A stretch of DNA of 63,032 bases, filler included, from Phoronis australis (GCA_002633005.1; 11 parts of 11 records of this genome joined end to end with filler, not necessarily neighbours in it); one strand, 5' to 3'; shown: positions 25,766 through 40,170, counted from the first letter of the whole stretch. Notes: a model not told the origin generated them from the letters alone. Numbers and translations: made by a program.

Positions 25766-28700
25766 TAATATAAACACACACAGCTACCTAGTACGCAAAT
25801 AAATACACATAGGTCTCTTAGTGCATGCCTAAACTTCTCATTTACAATTGCAGCAGAACAAATGCACAAAAACCAAACGTCACTTTTTTCCTAAAATACT
25901 GTTACATGATTTTTAACACCAAGAACGTCAGTGCATTCATGAAAAACGACCAGGGTAATTGAGGGGTTTGTTGACTAATTTTGCCCGGAAATCCCTGCAT
26001 AGACTCTATTCACGCAACGGACATTAAAATCCAAAGCGAGGCTCACTGCGATAAACAAAGCGAAAGTAGACATTGCGTGAGTTAAATAGCCGGTCTTTCG
26101 AGTCCAACCTGGATATTGAATTTTAATAATGTGTCAACAATTAAACCACACAGACGTAGAAAATTACATTAGAGAACAAGTTAAGGCGTCAAAGAGTTGT
26201 CTGATGAAAAGGGTTTTTTTCGGAAAACTAGGTTCGAAACATGAAAAGTAAATATGACCAAATTGCGGCGATCGTAGTGTTACGGATTAGGTATTATGCT
26301 GAATACAGAGTTACTTTTTTCTTGTAAATTGTTGATCAAAATACTTTCTACGCGGACCAGGTCATCTGCTCGTATTGTTGACGAGTTGAAGACATATTCG
26401 ACAGTGGTGGCTGTCATGTGCAATTAGTCACATCTGGTTTAATTTGTTGATATTAAAATCAAGCATGGCCTGATCCTGGGACTAAAAGTTGATTTATCAT
26501 TGATCTGAAAGAATAATTGATGTTATTAAATATATTTTCTATTAAAATAATAAACCAGACTCGTAATTGAAAATAAAAATTATCTAACCATCAATTCTGC
26601 TTTCTTGGTTGTTATAATTCTTACGTCTATTTCATGTGTTACATTTCAAGTATCAATCTGGACCAAGTGGAATTTTAAAATTAAAACACCTAATTCGTTC
26701 GTCCAAAACGTAACCTCGTTTTAGAACTCAATTTCAGTTAACTGGACAATGCAATCATAGTTATCATGTTTCTGCAGGAACCTCGTTCATCCGAGGGGAA
26801 AGGTGCCAGTGCCTACTGAGAGGCGATTTTTTCGCCGAGTGAGGGCGGGAACAATCTACCTCCCGATCACCATCAATAGCACCCCCGCCTTGTTGCAAAC
26901 TCTCATAGGCTCCGTCTCAATTTAAAGTAGCCTTTTGTGCTCTTAAAAATTGTCACCTGTGTGGTTACAGGTTATGTGAACTCAGAGAGATTTTTCACTA
27001 GGGGAATTTTTATGCCTCGTGGGGGGAATTTCGAGTGATATTTCAATATTTTTGAGAGGGGAATAGGGCCGATATTGGGCCCTAAATTTGAGGGAAGTTG
27101 AGGGCCCTGTCCTTTTTGGAAAGAAAAATTATAATGTTTCAACCCGTAGCAGGGGCGGATCCAGGATTTTGAATTAGGGGGGGGANNNNNNNNNNNNNNN
27201 NNNNNNNNNNNNNNNNNNNNNNNNNNNNNNNNNNNNNNNNNNNNNNNNNNNNNNNNNNNNNNNNNNNNNNNNNNNNNNNNNNNNNNNNNNNNNNNNNNNN
27301 NNNNNNNNNNNNNNNNNNNNNNNNNNNNNNNNNNNNNNNNNNNNNNNNNNNNNNNNNNNNNNNNNNNNNNNNNNNNNNNNNNNNNNNNTTACTATGATGC
27401 TTGACAACTGACCGAGATGCGACAAAATATGATCTAACTTTTCGAAAACATTTATTTTACACGGACATATTTTACTTCGTCGCGGCGTATGGCAACGACC
27501 CAACGCTTTCGAATCTAAACGTCTTTAGAGATTGTGAAGCGTGTCCGTATTTTTTCTAGCCGTTCGGGGAACAACACGGACTGAAACACAGACTCCTATG
27601 CCGATAAGCTAACAGAGCTATTGTAGCGAGCCTCGTTTTGGAACGCGCCTCCTGTCGGCGTGAATAGGGTCTATGGTTGTCTGAAGTCGTAGATCAAGAG
27701 TCTCGCCAGGTGATTCCATAACAAACAAAAATGACAAAATGAAAATGAAGCAATGAAATTAGGCTACATCACTCAATCAGAACTCAGTCAAGCAGTCAAC
27801 TGGAATTCACAGTACAAAATCACACAGTCAGTCCAGTGAAATCTCGGGGTCACATGCTCCAACACAAGAACTGAATGGGAGTTGGCATTCTATGTTTAGA
27901 GTTCTATTATGTACAACACAAATGCACAATCTGCAACTAGAGAACATCAGGTCAAAATGGGTTGCTAACTCTAATGGTATTTTTGGACAAGTTTTGCTTA
28001 TTTAAAACTAATTTTCATCATACATCCACTACTAGAATCAAGCTAACATATTGACACTGGGGTAGGTTTACATGAAATTAATTCTAAATTGATAGTTACA
28101 AGCAAAAGTGTTCATATTTTCCAACTTTTCATTACACCTTGCCCATAATCAACACCAGCTCAGAAGTGACACACTTTCAAAACAGCATATAAATGCACTT
28201 CTGCCTTCTGAGCTAAGATAATGTGACCTCGCATTCACAATGAATAAACATAACACATATCACTAGGAAATACCCACCGCAAAGCGAGCAAAGCGACACA
28301 GACGGCAATACTTGACACCACAGGCGATATTCTTGGTCAGCCAAATAAATAATAGTCAGACATTCAGCAGTTAAGGTGTATGCTACTTGCCTATCACTTC
28401 TGAGGATTATCTTTCAAGTAAGTTACATTTTAACATCTACTATTACATATGTCACTTTTTATATCATGCATTCATTGCTAATCAGATTTTTACATTGTAT
28501 TAAATAGAATTGATAAATTTTAGTTTCGTAAATATTTGGCAACTGCAAAGACTTGCTGTTTAGGTTAAGAACTTCAGGCCGATTATCACCAAAACTACAA
28601 ACTTCCCTACTAGTAGTCCACCAAATTGTGTCCTCAATTCGTGGGATTTTAACTATCATTTTATACAATATATGAATATTACAATCGACATCCCAAATGA

Positions 28701-28886
28701 TTCTACTAAGTTGGACTTACAAAAATGGTGGTTGCAATTTGTTAGTCAGATGGATGAAAACGATTGCACTCTCAGGTACAAGTACACCTTGCAGTGCTCG
28801 ACACAAGAGAAAATATTAACCGCTTGAAAATTCGAGTGACGGCATATTTGCACTCGCATCACCACATTTGGTCTCGAACAAAAAAA

Positions 28887-28959
28887 TACGGACATGCGCA
28901 TGGCACCTGTACGGACATGCGCATGGCACCTGTACGGACATGCGCATGGCACCTGTACG
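28887..28959. repeat. 23-bp minisatellite x3
   Basis: tacggacatgcgcatggcacctg three times perfectly. Confidence 0.95.
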
Positions 28960-29203
28960 AGTGAAATGAGTGAGGTCAACTTTACACTCGTATTATACCT
29001 TTCCACTTGTATTTCCAAGCGCTTAGTAGCCCATATCAAGTCCTAAATTGGACGATACCGGTATAAGAATGACAGAGGTAGGACAGATTGGCTTGAGTTC
29101 CTTTCCAGTTCAGGAATCACAGGCAGTTACAACATATTTAGAATTTTACTTTTCGAAAGTGACTACTTAGCAATTTCACATCCATGGAAATTATAAATCA
29201 CAG

Positions 29204-29619
29204 GTATTTCATCATGGAGAAAAATGTGACTGCAAATTCAGAGACAGAGCAGCAACAATCAACAGATTCAGTAAGACATGGGACAAATACAACTGCTGAT
29301 TCACAGACCGAGCTGCAACACCAAAATGAGATGGAGAGTGATAACCATGTGTCGAGCTATAGAGAGGCCCGCACTATATCAAATGCTACAGGTAAATGAC
29401 GCAGACATTTAAAGCTCAACATAACAATTATATTATAAAACGTTGGATTATAAAGCATCTTTTTCAACAACATCAGTAATAAATGACTTAGTTTGATTCA
29501 GAATTTATTGAATGAGTGTACACTGCCTAAAATGCAACTTTCTCATTGCAGGGGCTGTTCCAGGTTTTACTTCAGCAGGCCGAGTTGTGGCTCAGGAAAC
29601 CGGCCATCAGTGGCATTAA
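29204..29619 (+). CDS. Putative two exons (29204-29391, 29552-29619) of a small low-complexity protein
   Basis: cacag| acceptor, CAG|gtaaat donor, cattgcag| acceptor; in-phase join ...MEKNVTANSETEQQQSTDS...NAT+GAVPGFTSAGRVVAQETGHQWH*; no recognised domain. Confidence 0.35.
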
Positions 29620-31388
29620 CAACTGAACAACACGACACTTAATACATCGGAAATATAAAGACAAACTTGAAAACTGGCAATGGGTAATTCTCCACTTCAA
29701 ATTTCACACAAAAATAATGGCCAAAATTGCTGACTTTTTTCATGGCAGATGATTACTTTACTGCGAATAATGGAAACTTTCCAAAGCTCTTTTGTGACAT
29801 CTGCACAGTACCAACTGTGGTAGTATTGGACTAAAAATATTTTAACGTTATTAAGTGGAGAAATTTGACAATATAGAATTTTACTTGTCGGCCATATTGT
29901 GTGCTAAATTAGTGAAGAATTACTCTGTCCACACAAAATAGCTAGGTATACTTAATATGAAGCAAGACTGAGTACAAGAACAATTATGAGTAAGGACGTC
30001 AACAGGAAGTGATGATGAAATGTAAAATAATCTTGACTGAACGAAAACTCTTGTGACCAACTACAGTTACTGCTTCATGAATGTATCGGAAGATTTCAGA
30101 ATCTGTGAAATACTTCCAATTTTTTACCAATATGCAAAATTTTCAGGTCTTAACGTTATCTCAAACCTTAATTAGTGGCCTCCATTCTAACTGGTATATC
30201 AAAAAACTAGGCTCTGTCAACTAGTAAAAGTATATATTTTCTGAAAGAATTAAGATCAGGGAATGTAAAAATATGTTTTATATTTATGCATCACTATTAT
30301 TGTTACGTAAACACCTTTTGAAGGTGAAAATTCCATGTTTAAGAAAGGTATATCGATAGCAAAATAACCCCTTGATCTATTTTCATGAATTCCCTTTAAA
30401 TGAAAACTTAACCAGTTACATCAAAAACGATGTTAGGAATGTTTGATTAGCCGTTTAATTTAATTTCTATGACAAATCAACTCGCAAAGCTTAAGTTATT
30501 CTTGTAAAAATAGAAATTGCATTCGTCTTTGTTACATTATGCATAAAAAGGCCTTGACGTCGAAAATCCTTACAGCGTTTTTGAGATTGATGAATAAATG
30601 TTAAGTTTGGAAAATTAAGTCGATTTGCTGAAGCCAAGAAAAAGTCAATTATATGGCGACACGTGGAAATCTCAAGGCCAAGTCAAAGATTAACATGTAA
30701 TTACCACTGGGCAGAAAAAAGTGACATGGGTCTCGAAAAGCCTGCATGGGTAAAATTTTGATGTGCCAATGAATATTTACCTACAGTACAATACCATTCT
30801 ACACCCCTATTGACTGAATTGAAGTCAACATTTTCAAAGTATACCTACATCATTGTTATCAATCATACAACTAGGAAACTGATTATATTCTGTGGACAAA
30901 GGTCTGACCTTTCTACTGGCATTATATTATTTTCTTCTCAGTTAAACAGTACTTCTGCAATTACTAAAGTGGAACACTACGACAAATTGTTGTTTGTCTT
31001 CCTGATGCCATGAAGTATCATACACCCATTGTGTGCATCACAAACAAAACAAATGCAAGAGGACATCATTATTTTAAACAATTCCATTGAACGCAATAAT
31101 GCTAATAAACTTAATAACAGACTATAGCTAGGCAAGCAAAGCAAGTCAGAAATGATCTCTTCAATAAAAACATACCTGCCACCTTCAATCATGATTCTTT
31201 AAAGTCCTGCTCTCACACGTTGTTAACCCTTATTACATGGTTAGAGGATGTTATAAGGATCCAAGAAGTACCTACCCCATAACTAATACACGATCCGTAC
31301 TCGCAAAAAGTTTAAATGAACGCACCACTCACGATTCGCACCCGAAGAACCACCGCCATTTTGAACTTGCAGCGAACAGCGGGCGTGC

Positions 31389-31515
31389 GTTCAGTAGACG
31401 CTAGGACCTAGCTAAAACCTATTCAAAGTCACGTGTTCTCCTTTGAAATGCCCGGCAATATCTCACGTAATCTCGCGAAGTCTTGCTTTTTAGCGATGTC
31501 CTAGCGTTACTGAAC
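31389..31515. repeat. Short palindromic element
   Basis: gttcagtagacgctaggac ... gtcctagcgttactgaac inverted arms. Confidence 0.55.
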
Positions 31516-32197
31516 GGGAGGCGGGACAATGTCAACGAGCCAATCCAGGTATGCAGAAAGGACATCTGTTGTCGAAAATCATCATTCTATTTTTGGAGTG
31601 CAGGGATTCCCAGCACGCTGGTTCCCGGCTAACCTGGGCCCGGTCTCTAATCTTTGTACTCGAAACGAACTCGAAACTATTTTTGGCAATTTCTCTGCTC
31701 CTTTTGTNNNNNNNNNNNNNNNNNNNNNNNNNNNNNNNNNNNNNNNNNNNNTTAATTAATTAANNNNNNNNNNNNNNNNNNNNNNNNNNNNNNNNNNNNN
31801 NNNNNNNAAACATACAGTAAAAATTGGGACACAGTACGGCGGACTGGTGAAACTGCAGTTTTGTAGTTTCGTCAAATTTCTCAACAAAAATAACTTTTCA
31901 TGAAAATTTACGTTGCTTTTAGCATGATTTGCACAGTGTAGCTATTATCAAACAACACTTGATAAAATTTTGAGCAACAACATGGTAATCCTCTGAAAAA
32001 TAAGAATATCACAATTAAAGTAATTATTTTTGTCTCAAATTCAACAATTTTTCTTCTTGTGCAGCTAACTTGCCACCATTGTTACTATGTGAAGATGAAA
32101 TCAGGGTTAATATTCCTGACCAGATTTGAACATGTGCCCTTTGGGCGGACCTGATGATAAAGTGTACCTTTTTTCAAAAAGCTGTGCCCAGCAGACT

Positions 32198-32534
32198 CAG
32201 AATGTTCAATTAAAACAGGAACCCCAGTGTAAAACATATCCCGGAGTAGAAAACTAATCCCGCACCTTCAAAACAGCTAAACAGCCAGAAAAACAGGAAC
32301 ACCGACCTTTAAAACAGGAATCCCGGGGATCGGACAGGAAACTTGAACAATTTTTTTCGGTCCCCGGGTTTCCTGTCTGATCCCCGGGATTCCTATCCGA
32401 TCCCCAGGATTCTTGTTTAAAAGGTCGGGGATCCTGTTTTTCGGGCTGGTTAGCTGTTTAGAAGGTAAGTGAGTCTGTTCTCAATTCAGGGGTACCTATT
32501 TTACACCGGGTTCCTGTTTGGAGGGAACACCCTG
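32198..32534. mobile_element. Foldback MITE, 5-bp TSD AGACT
   Basis: CAGAATGTTC... / ...GAACACCCTG with long inverted arms; agact at 32193-32197 and 32535-32539. Confidence 0.8.
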
Positions 32535-32732
32535 AGACTTAGCGTAATTTAAGTGGTAACATATGAAACAGGAATCCCAAGGGCAATCAATATAACAAGA
32601 GTCATGTTCATGTAACAGTTGCATTTTTATTTTAAAATTCCATACGAAAAGGCTATCTGACAAAGACATCAAACAGACTGTTCAGTGAATACACTAGCTT
32701 TAAGTTGAATAGAATCTTGCATTTCTAGAAGT

Positions 32733-33022
32733 CAAGGTACCTAAACTATACTACGGACCGCCAAACACGGGTCCCTTATTCATAGGCTTCCTGGGTCAGC
32801 TGATACCTTCATTTTGTCTGTAAACCGTGTTTGGTGGTCCGTTTGCCGTGTTTCTGCGTGAATATGAGTCCATGTCCCGTGTATTTGGGTGCGTGGATCG
32901 TGTTTTGTGAGTCCGTTCCCGTGTTTGTGAGTCAGTGGACGGTGTTTGCAGGTCCGTGAGTCGTGCTCATGCGTCCGTGCCCGTGTTTATGAGTCCGTTG
33001 ACCGTGTAGTTTAGGTACCCTG
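32733..33022. mobile_element. MITE with internal about 21-bp repeats, 5-bp TSD GAAGT
   Basis: CAAGGTACCTAAACTA / TAGTTTAGGTACCCTG; gaagt at 32728-32732 and 33023-33027; ccgtgtttgtgagtccg-like repeats. Confidence 0.8.
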
Positions 33023-34680
33023 GAAGTGTTGCATTTTAAAAGATGCGTCTAGGGGGCGCAGTGCTACAACCTACTCGTGCCTTTCTATTTTTTATGCACT
33101 TATGGCGCAAAGGCGCAGTCCAGGAATATCCCTGGGAAATACAATCTTGTATACTTAAAATACGATGTAATATTCACAGATTGGAGATTATATGACTTTT
33201 CAACATTCATCAGTGGACCATCATTTCTCACTCTCAACACTATAATTCTTGTTTTATCGATAATGTTAACCTCTGTTCCAAATCTTTGGAAAATGGTTCT
33301 ACAACCTTTAATTGTTTTAGTTTTTATCTCTGAGTATTTGCAACATCATCAGCATACAGTAAACAAGGGAGTCACAATCAATAGAAACCTAGACAATCAG
33401 ATTTTTTCAGACGTTTGTTTGATCAGTTCATTAAAAATATATTGTAAACATAAAAGGACTCAGTGTACATCCTTTTTTCACTCCTACTGTGCACTTAAAA
33501 GAAATTTGCTCCAGTCAGTTTTGTCCACTCATACATGACTATTTGTTCATGTACATAGACTGAATTACTTTTGTTATATCACCATGGAAACCAACGCTGA
33601 TGGGTTTACAAAATAAATATCTCAAATGGACAGTATCAAATGCCTTTTTAAAATTATAACACCTGTCTTTTTTTACAGACTTTTACCAGAACATTCACTA
33701 TCATATACTAACACTTGTTTTCAGTACAAAAAATTTCAAGTGGCAAAGCAGTATTCAACGCATTTTATTCTGACAAACACGCACGTCTTGTAGTGGCCTA
33801 AAATTGTTGAAGGTCTTCCAGATGCCAGTTTAGGTGGATAAGATATCCACCCTAAATATCTTAAAATCACTCATGCATTTCTGGTTTTTGCCACTATGGA
33901 TGGCTAAAATGTGCTAAGCTGTTATTGTTTGCCAACACTTTGAAATCAGTCATGCATGTCATTGTTTTAGCCTACCCTAGAACAACTTGCACTGGCCTTA
34001 CTTTTCCCACTTTTAAGTGGAGCTATATATCTGAGACTGGAGCGACCACACACACATATCCCACAACTTTACTAGGGTAAGGCCATGCAATGAACACCAA
34101 ATGCGAGTAGGGTGTGCAAAAAGTCTGTATGTAACCCCAGTTGATAATTGTACTTTCACCTTGGCCTAGGTTTGCAGCCACACCGGAATTAGTAGTGGTA
34201 CAAGTTACCCTAGAACAAGTTACTCCATCTTGATAAGGTGGAGTAAGTTGTCACAAGTAGAGTAAGCTGCATCTACACAACCTCCAAATCTAGTGACAAC
34301 TCGTTCCAGGAGTAACTTGTTCTAGGATAAGTCAGTGTGTGAACGGCACTTTAGTCGTGCGGGGACCTTGCACCGATGTACAGTATTTCACAACTCAACA
34401 ACACTGCCTGACACAAATTCATAGGCAGTTTTTCCGAGACCTGTATTCTTTGGGGTCATCTCAACAAATAAATGCCATAATTTTTGCCAAATGTCTGAAA
34501 TTGTGAGAAAGATACCTAAAACTGTCCAAAACCAAGTGCTCAAAATTCATACCAAAACAGATTTTAAATGAGGCACTGTACTTGGCTTCGAGTGAAAACG
34601 TAATTTTCCAAAATTTTGAGGCACAGGTATTTGAGGGAATCAAATGGTTAGCTTTCAAACCATGATTAACACAGCCACTC

Positions 34681-34775
34681 CATATATATACATATACATA
34701 TATCTTTTTATAATGTATATATATACATGTGTACATACATACGCATACAGTTATGTACATGTGTATACACACATA
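34681..34775. repeat. TA/CA microsatellite
   Basis: catatatatacatatacata... tract. Confidence 0.85.
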
Positions 34776-37700
34776 GGGTCATTCCGAAAAATTTTTTGTC
34801 CCCCAATGGGTGGTGGGAGAACAAACTAACTACTGTGAAAACATTCCCTTAGCAACAGCTCTTTCCTCTGACTAAAATATAAGCATTTTTGTTAGCATTT
34901 GAGCTAGTGAAAATCTTAGCGTTTTCACCAGGTGAACCAAGTGACAACTGAAGCAGATTTCTGCATTTGAGAAAAAAGCAGTAAAACATCCAGTTGCGTT
35001 AAAAAGATAACTTTTCTCCAACAGACTTATTTGTTAACTTATTACCATTTGTTGAACGTGACAAGCATCTAGTGTAATGGGCACCTACTGTAAGGGGCAC
35101 CTAGTGTGAAGTCGTTTTTATACAACACTCTTGACACAAGCAAGTGTCTTCCTGAACATTCACCTTCAGATCAATCAAAGTTTCTATAGCTGATTGAAGC
35201 ATTCAACGAGTGACATTGTCACAATCAGAGATGTGTGTAACGTTTCTGAAACATGAAATAACCCAATAACTACTAGCAATACAAACTTAAACACGAAAAA
35301 TTAATAACGAAAATAGAATTAATTCCTTAGTGCGAATGAATTAGAAGTCGATAACAACCACCTCTCCCTAGCAACGTTAATCTTTAGATGTAAACAACTG
35401 TGGTGTGTGAGTCTTCAGGGCTTGAAATTTTCCTCTTTTAAGAAGATTTCCTCTTTTTTTGGTTTCGATTTCCACTTATTTGGTTTCTACTTTCCTCTGT
35501 TTTGTCTCTTTTTATTAATATTTTGACTTTATTTATGCAAAAAACNNNNNNNNNNNNNNNNNNNNNNNNNNNNNNNNNNNNNNNNNNNNTTAATTAATTA
35601 ANNNNNNNNNNNNNNNNNNNNNNNNNNNNNNNNNNNNNNNNNNNNCACTCGGTGCGGCCCTGGATGACAGTGGGGAGAAGAGGCAGGGATGAAATGTGCA
35701 GAGCCGAGTGTGACAACTGACGATCCGTTCAAATGGGACAGAATTAAGACGAGAGGCAAACACTACGAGCAAGTTTTGTCACTAAAACATTGGTAATGAT
35801 TCGTCCCAATAACCAATACTATCAAAGGAGTCATTTGGTCTCCTCATGCACATATGGGGGCAGTTTCATGAAAAGTGACAGAATTTGGTCTTATGCTCCA
35901 CGGAACTATTTCTGGAAAACGATTAAATCTCACTCAAGTAAAAGTGTGAAGACCCTGAGAACATACGCGTAACTGCTAGATTCCGAAATAATTTCTATGA
36001 TAGCTGAACCTTTTTTCAGCAATTGTGAAGTGGCAGTCTAAGACCAAATTTGTCGGCTAAGTCTCAAGTCATCCTCATGTAACAGACCCAGAAGGGTCTC
36101 AGAAACAATTGCAGTTGTTTCCAAAAAAAAAATAAAAGGCTGTGTTGAAGTTACGACAAAAATCGTGAAATAATTCATAAGAAAAACAATAATCCTCTGA
36201 CAGAGAATTTGCCAAAAAATTTCCAGGAAGGCTTCATACACATTTCAAGATTTTCGTCACACTAGACAAGCGCAATTGAACATCCTCTTACCAAAACCTA
36301 GTAGCTTTTGAAAGTTTGGGCGACTACAAACCCTCAAAACAAAATTGGCAGGCGACTATTCAATTGACTCACTGGGGTATAAAAACCTGGACATATTGTA
36401 CATGTACTTACAGTTGGCTAGGCACCGCATAGCCGATAGCACCCATGTTGGAAGTTGATCTGAAAAATACGCAAACGGGTCAGATAAGCACTATGAACCG
36501 ATGCGCCTCCTGTGGGCAAACAGAGGCTAGGAGGGTAAGTTGCGTGAGTGGATAAATAACATTCACATCAAAACAATGCAAACTCGCAGGCCACTTCAGT
36601 GTCAACTTGCCAATGAAATTGATATTTTAAACTCAAAATTTCATGTTTAAACCACCCCAACTCCTCTAACTGAAGTTATTCAGTTTCACCATAAAAGGAC
36701 AAAATAAGCCCACGATAGTCACTTACAGGGACCCTGGATTTCTAGAACCAGTTGAAGCTGGTTGTTCAGCGGAAAAAATGGTTCTCAAAATGCAGAACCC
36801 CTGCATGTGACAATTACCAATAAGATACGACCCTTACGCCATTGCAGCACTTTGCATATTTTTAATTCACACTGTGCTTTCACTTTCCATGAGTTTCCAG
36901 GAAATTATTTTTCCAACAAACCATGTTTAAGTAATTTTTGAAACAATTGCTGACAAGCATAAAAGAGTAATATGACTCACAAAATATCATTTTTATGTTT
37001 TCATTTTATAGATCTGGCATGAAGTTTTCCATGGGCTCTTGTCCCTTTTTTCATTTTCAGTTAGTTTTTGAGGCATGGAAACTAATTAGTCATTTTTCAG
37101 GCTTTCTCGACTGGGAACCACCACTGTGGAGGTCGAACAAGTAAATCTCCAAAATGACCCAAGCATTCCAGACTCTATGGGCTTACTCATCTACAGGACA
37201 ATTCTAAAATGAACTGTGTGTTAAAGATTGTCAGATCATATCAATACCAGCATCAAGACTGCTACACCATATCAATACCTCTGTTAAGACTGTACTGATA
37301 CCTCTACGCAGAGCGTATAACTAACCTTTCTTGTCAACATTGGTCACGTAACCTGTCTTTGAAACGTAGGTCAGGTTGTGCATGATGGTCTTGCCGCTGA
37401 CCCAGTCATCGTCCAAAATCTCTTGTAGACTCTGCAGGCCGAGGCAACGTTTGATGCTGCAAAAACCATCAAGCTGCGTGGAACATGTCTCATAGTGGAC
37501 AGATAACTCCTTCAGTTTACTATCGACGTAAGATCGCATCAAATTTTTGAGAGAAACTTCTCGCACAAATGACGATTTCAAATTTCAAAGGCCTCCAACA
37601 TTGTTGTGGATCTTCAGTTTTTTTACACGTTCAATTGTAGCCGTGGCAGAGAATTTGAAGTTCGTGAAACATAGGGTAAATAAATGATGCTTACCATTTA

Positions 37701-38186
37701 CCAAAATAAAAATTCCCCTGCTTTCCATATCAGGTCCTAACTTATGGTAAAACCTCATCAACTTTGGACAAACATAATTGCTTCAATCGCACTTTTCAAT
37801 TTTCAAGGCCTTCTTACATTGACATTGTTCTGCCCACATTTTTTTCAAAATACTGTCTGTCGGTAAATTTGGTTTAACAACCTGGATATGACAAAGCATC
37901 ATTCTGGTCCTGTACATCTTACAAAAAATAAAATTTCACCTTTATAGGATTTCAAGACCATAAACTTTATTGTCATGATATTTTGAGAGTCAAGCCCCTT
38001 GTAGTCCACTTCAAATTGTGATTAAGTGATGAAGACCATCTACAAGTCATTCATAACTTGCAACATCTATCATAGCTCGTGTTAGTTGGACAGACATTAG
38101 CCGAATCTTCGCAAATTCAAACGATGGTCTCGTACATGCACTCAGCCTTTCATATAAATCAGCAAGTTTCTCTTTACTCTAATGCT

Positions 38187-38697
38187 CAGGGTTTGGAATG
38201 ACCAATGACAAAAAACGGGAAACTTTGAAACTTTTACGGCCCAAATCATGCCCGATAACCAGCCTTGAAATGGTCAATGTGAATCTTTCCCCGACAAAAA
38301 TCGGGAGGACTAAAAAAAAATAAAAAGGTTACCACCATCAGAAGCATGCGTCTGCGTCCTTTTAGCTCGCCCGTCCACTCCCAACCCACACATTTTTGGC
38401 TGCAGAGCAGCAGTATTTGTCGCCGCGCTTAACAATAACACGAGACGCCATTGTCACACCACGCTGTCCCAGATGCCCCGGCAATGTTGACAATTTACGT
38501 TCCTCCAAAACATAAAGAGCAACGGCAACTTCCCCTTTTCGATGTGAACGTCGTCTGCAACGCCGCGGTAAGAAAGGAATTTGCCGCGGAAATTTTATAT
38601 CAAATCCGATTTTTTTACGCGGAAATATTATAAAAAAGCGGAAAGCACATTTGAAAAAAGCGGAAATCCGCGTTTCCGCGGAAAATTCCAAGCCCTG
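38187..38697. mobile_element. hAT-like MITE, 6-bp TSD AATGCT
   Basis: TIR CAGGGTTTGGAAT / ATTCCAAGCCCTG; aatgct at 38181-38186 and 38698-38703; subterminal gcggaaa repeats. Confidence 0.8.
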
Positions 38698-39206
38698 AAT
38701 GCTACCTCTCGATACAATTAGACCCCCAATTAATGGAAGTTTCAAAGATATCGTTCAAGTTTCCAAGACCCACCNTGTTCAATGTGATGGCTTTATATTC
38801 TTGTTCGATTTCCACCGCCGATAGGACCCGTCTCAGAAGTACCTCACACCTAGGAACGCCCTCCTCAGGTATGCAGGTGACTGGCTTCAGCTTTTCGTAG
38901 TCAATCTTGGCCGGTCGGGTCATCGACTGGTTCTGTTCAGAGTTGGTGTTTTTGACAGCCAGAGGGGTCCTCACAGCTTTCAGCGGGGATGACGGCATGA
39001 ATCTTAAATAGTTTAAAAACCAAATGGTTAAAAATTACTAAATACCACAAAGACATCAATTATTTTTGGGGTTGTACACCATTAAACTGTATCACTCCGA
39101 TGTGATTTTCTTATTGAAAGGAAATTTTAACTGCATTTTATTGATACTTCCAAAATATGAGCATGAAATCAAACACATATGTAAGACGGCCTTATGTATT
39201 TGCATA

Positions 39207-39878
39207 AGGGCTGTTCCAGCAAAATCTGTATGGGAGGGGGGGAAGACACTTTTATTTCGTACCCACCGCCCATAGTTTTCATTTATTTCTCCAACCCATG
39301 ACCCATAATTTTTTAATTATTTTTAATAGGTTAAAATATAAAATCCAACACTTGCAAACAAATTGCCTCCAGGAGGACCTGTTAAGAGCTTATGATTGAC
39401 AGACAAGAACTAGTTGTCTTGTCCAATATTGTCAAAAACTAAAGTAGCCTGTGAGCAATACTTTTGGNNNNNNNNNNNNNNNNNNNNNNNNNNNNNNNTT
39501 TCTTATATGTGTTAACACCAGTTCAGTGTTGCATAACTTTTCAATTCAATAGGACTGCAGACAAACAGTTGGCTAAGATCGAGTTGCCCATGACTTGATT
39601 AATGGCTTAGTGAACATATTGCACTCTGTTCACTGGCAATATGGGCTTTTTTGTATTTGGAAAAGTTAGGACAATTGCATTTATTTTTGAGTTTTTAGGG
39701 CTGAAGTAACCAACCTATCGACATTAACAGGTCAAAAAATACCACCCATTTTTAATGCGTCACTTCTTACAGGAACGACCACCCATAATTTGAGTTTTTT
39801 TCTGAAGACCACCACCCATGAATTTTTATTTCTACTGCCGTCCCCCCCCTCCCACACGGATTTTACTGGAACAGCCCT
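39207..39878. mobile_element. MITE with about 33-bp TIRs, TA flanks
   Basis: AGGGCTGTTCCAGCAAAATCTGTATGGGAGGGGGG / CCCCCCTCCCACACGGATTTTACTGGAACAGCCCT; contains a small gap. Confidence 0.75.
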
Positions 39879-39989
39879 TAGTAGAATTGTTGTATAAGCT
39901 TCCTTTTTGTATTAATATTGTAATTGTGTTTCATGTAGGTCTCTTTTATGACACTTTCCTTGTAATGCGTCTTTGTTAACAATTCACAG

Positions 39990-40170
39990 GATGTGGTGAA
40001 TGAATTAATCGTTTACACCCACGAGGGACTGGAAGTGTCCTCGGATGAGTTTACGCTAAGTGTCACCGATGGCTTGTTTAATGACACTAAAACTGTAGCT
40101 GTGCGTATTGGACTGGTTAATGATGAAACTCCACGTATTGATGTCAACCATGGACTCACTGTCAAAGCAG
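39990..40170 (+). CDS. FRAS1: FRAS1 extracellular matrix protein, CSPG-repeat exon
   Basis: cacag| ... CAG|gtatga; DVVNELIVYTHEGLEVSSDEFTLSVTDGLFNDTKTVAVRIGLVNDETPRIDVNHGLTVKA+G; resembles FRAS1 DEFQFSLTDG...DTPHLAINQGL as recalled. Confidence 0.85.

Noticed and set aside
28887-28959. CRISPR-like 23-bp repeats
   Set aside because: Directly adjacent copies with no spacers and no cas genes; a minisatellite
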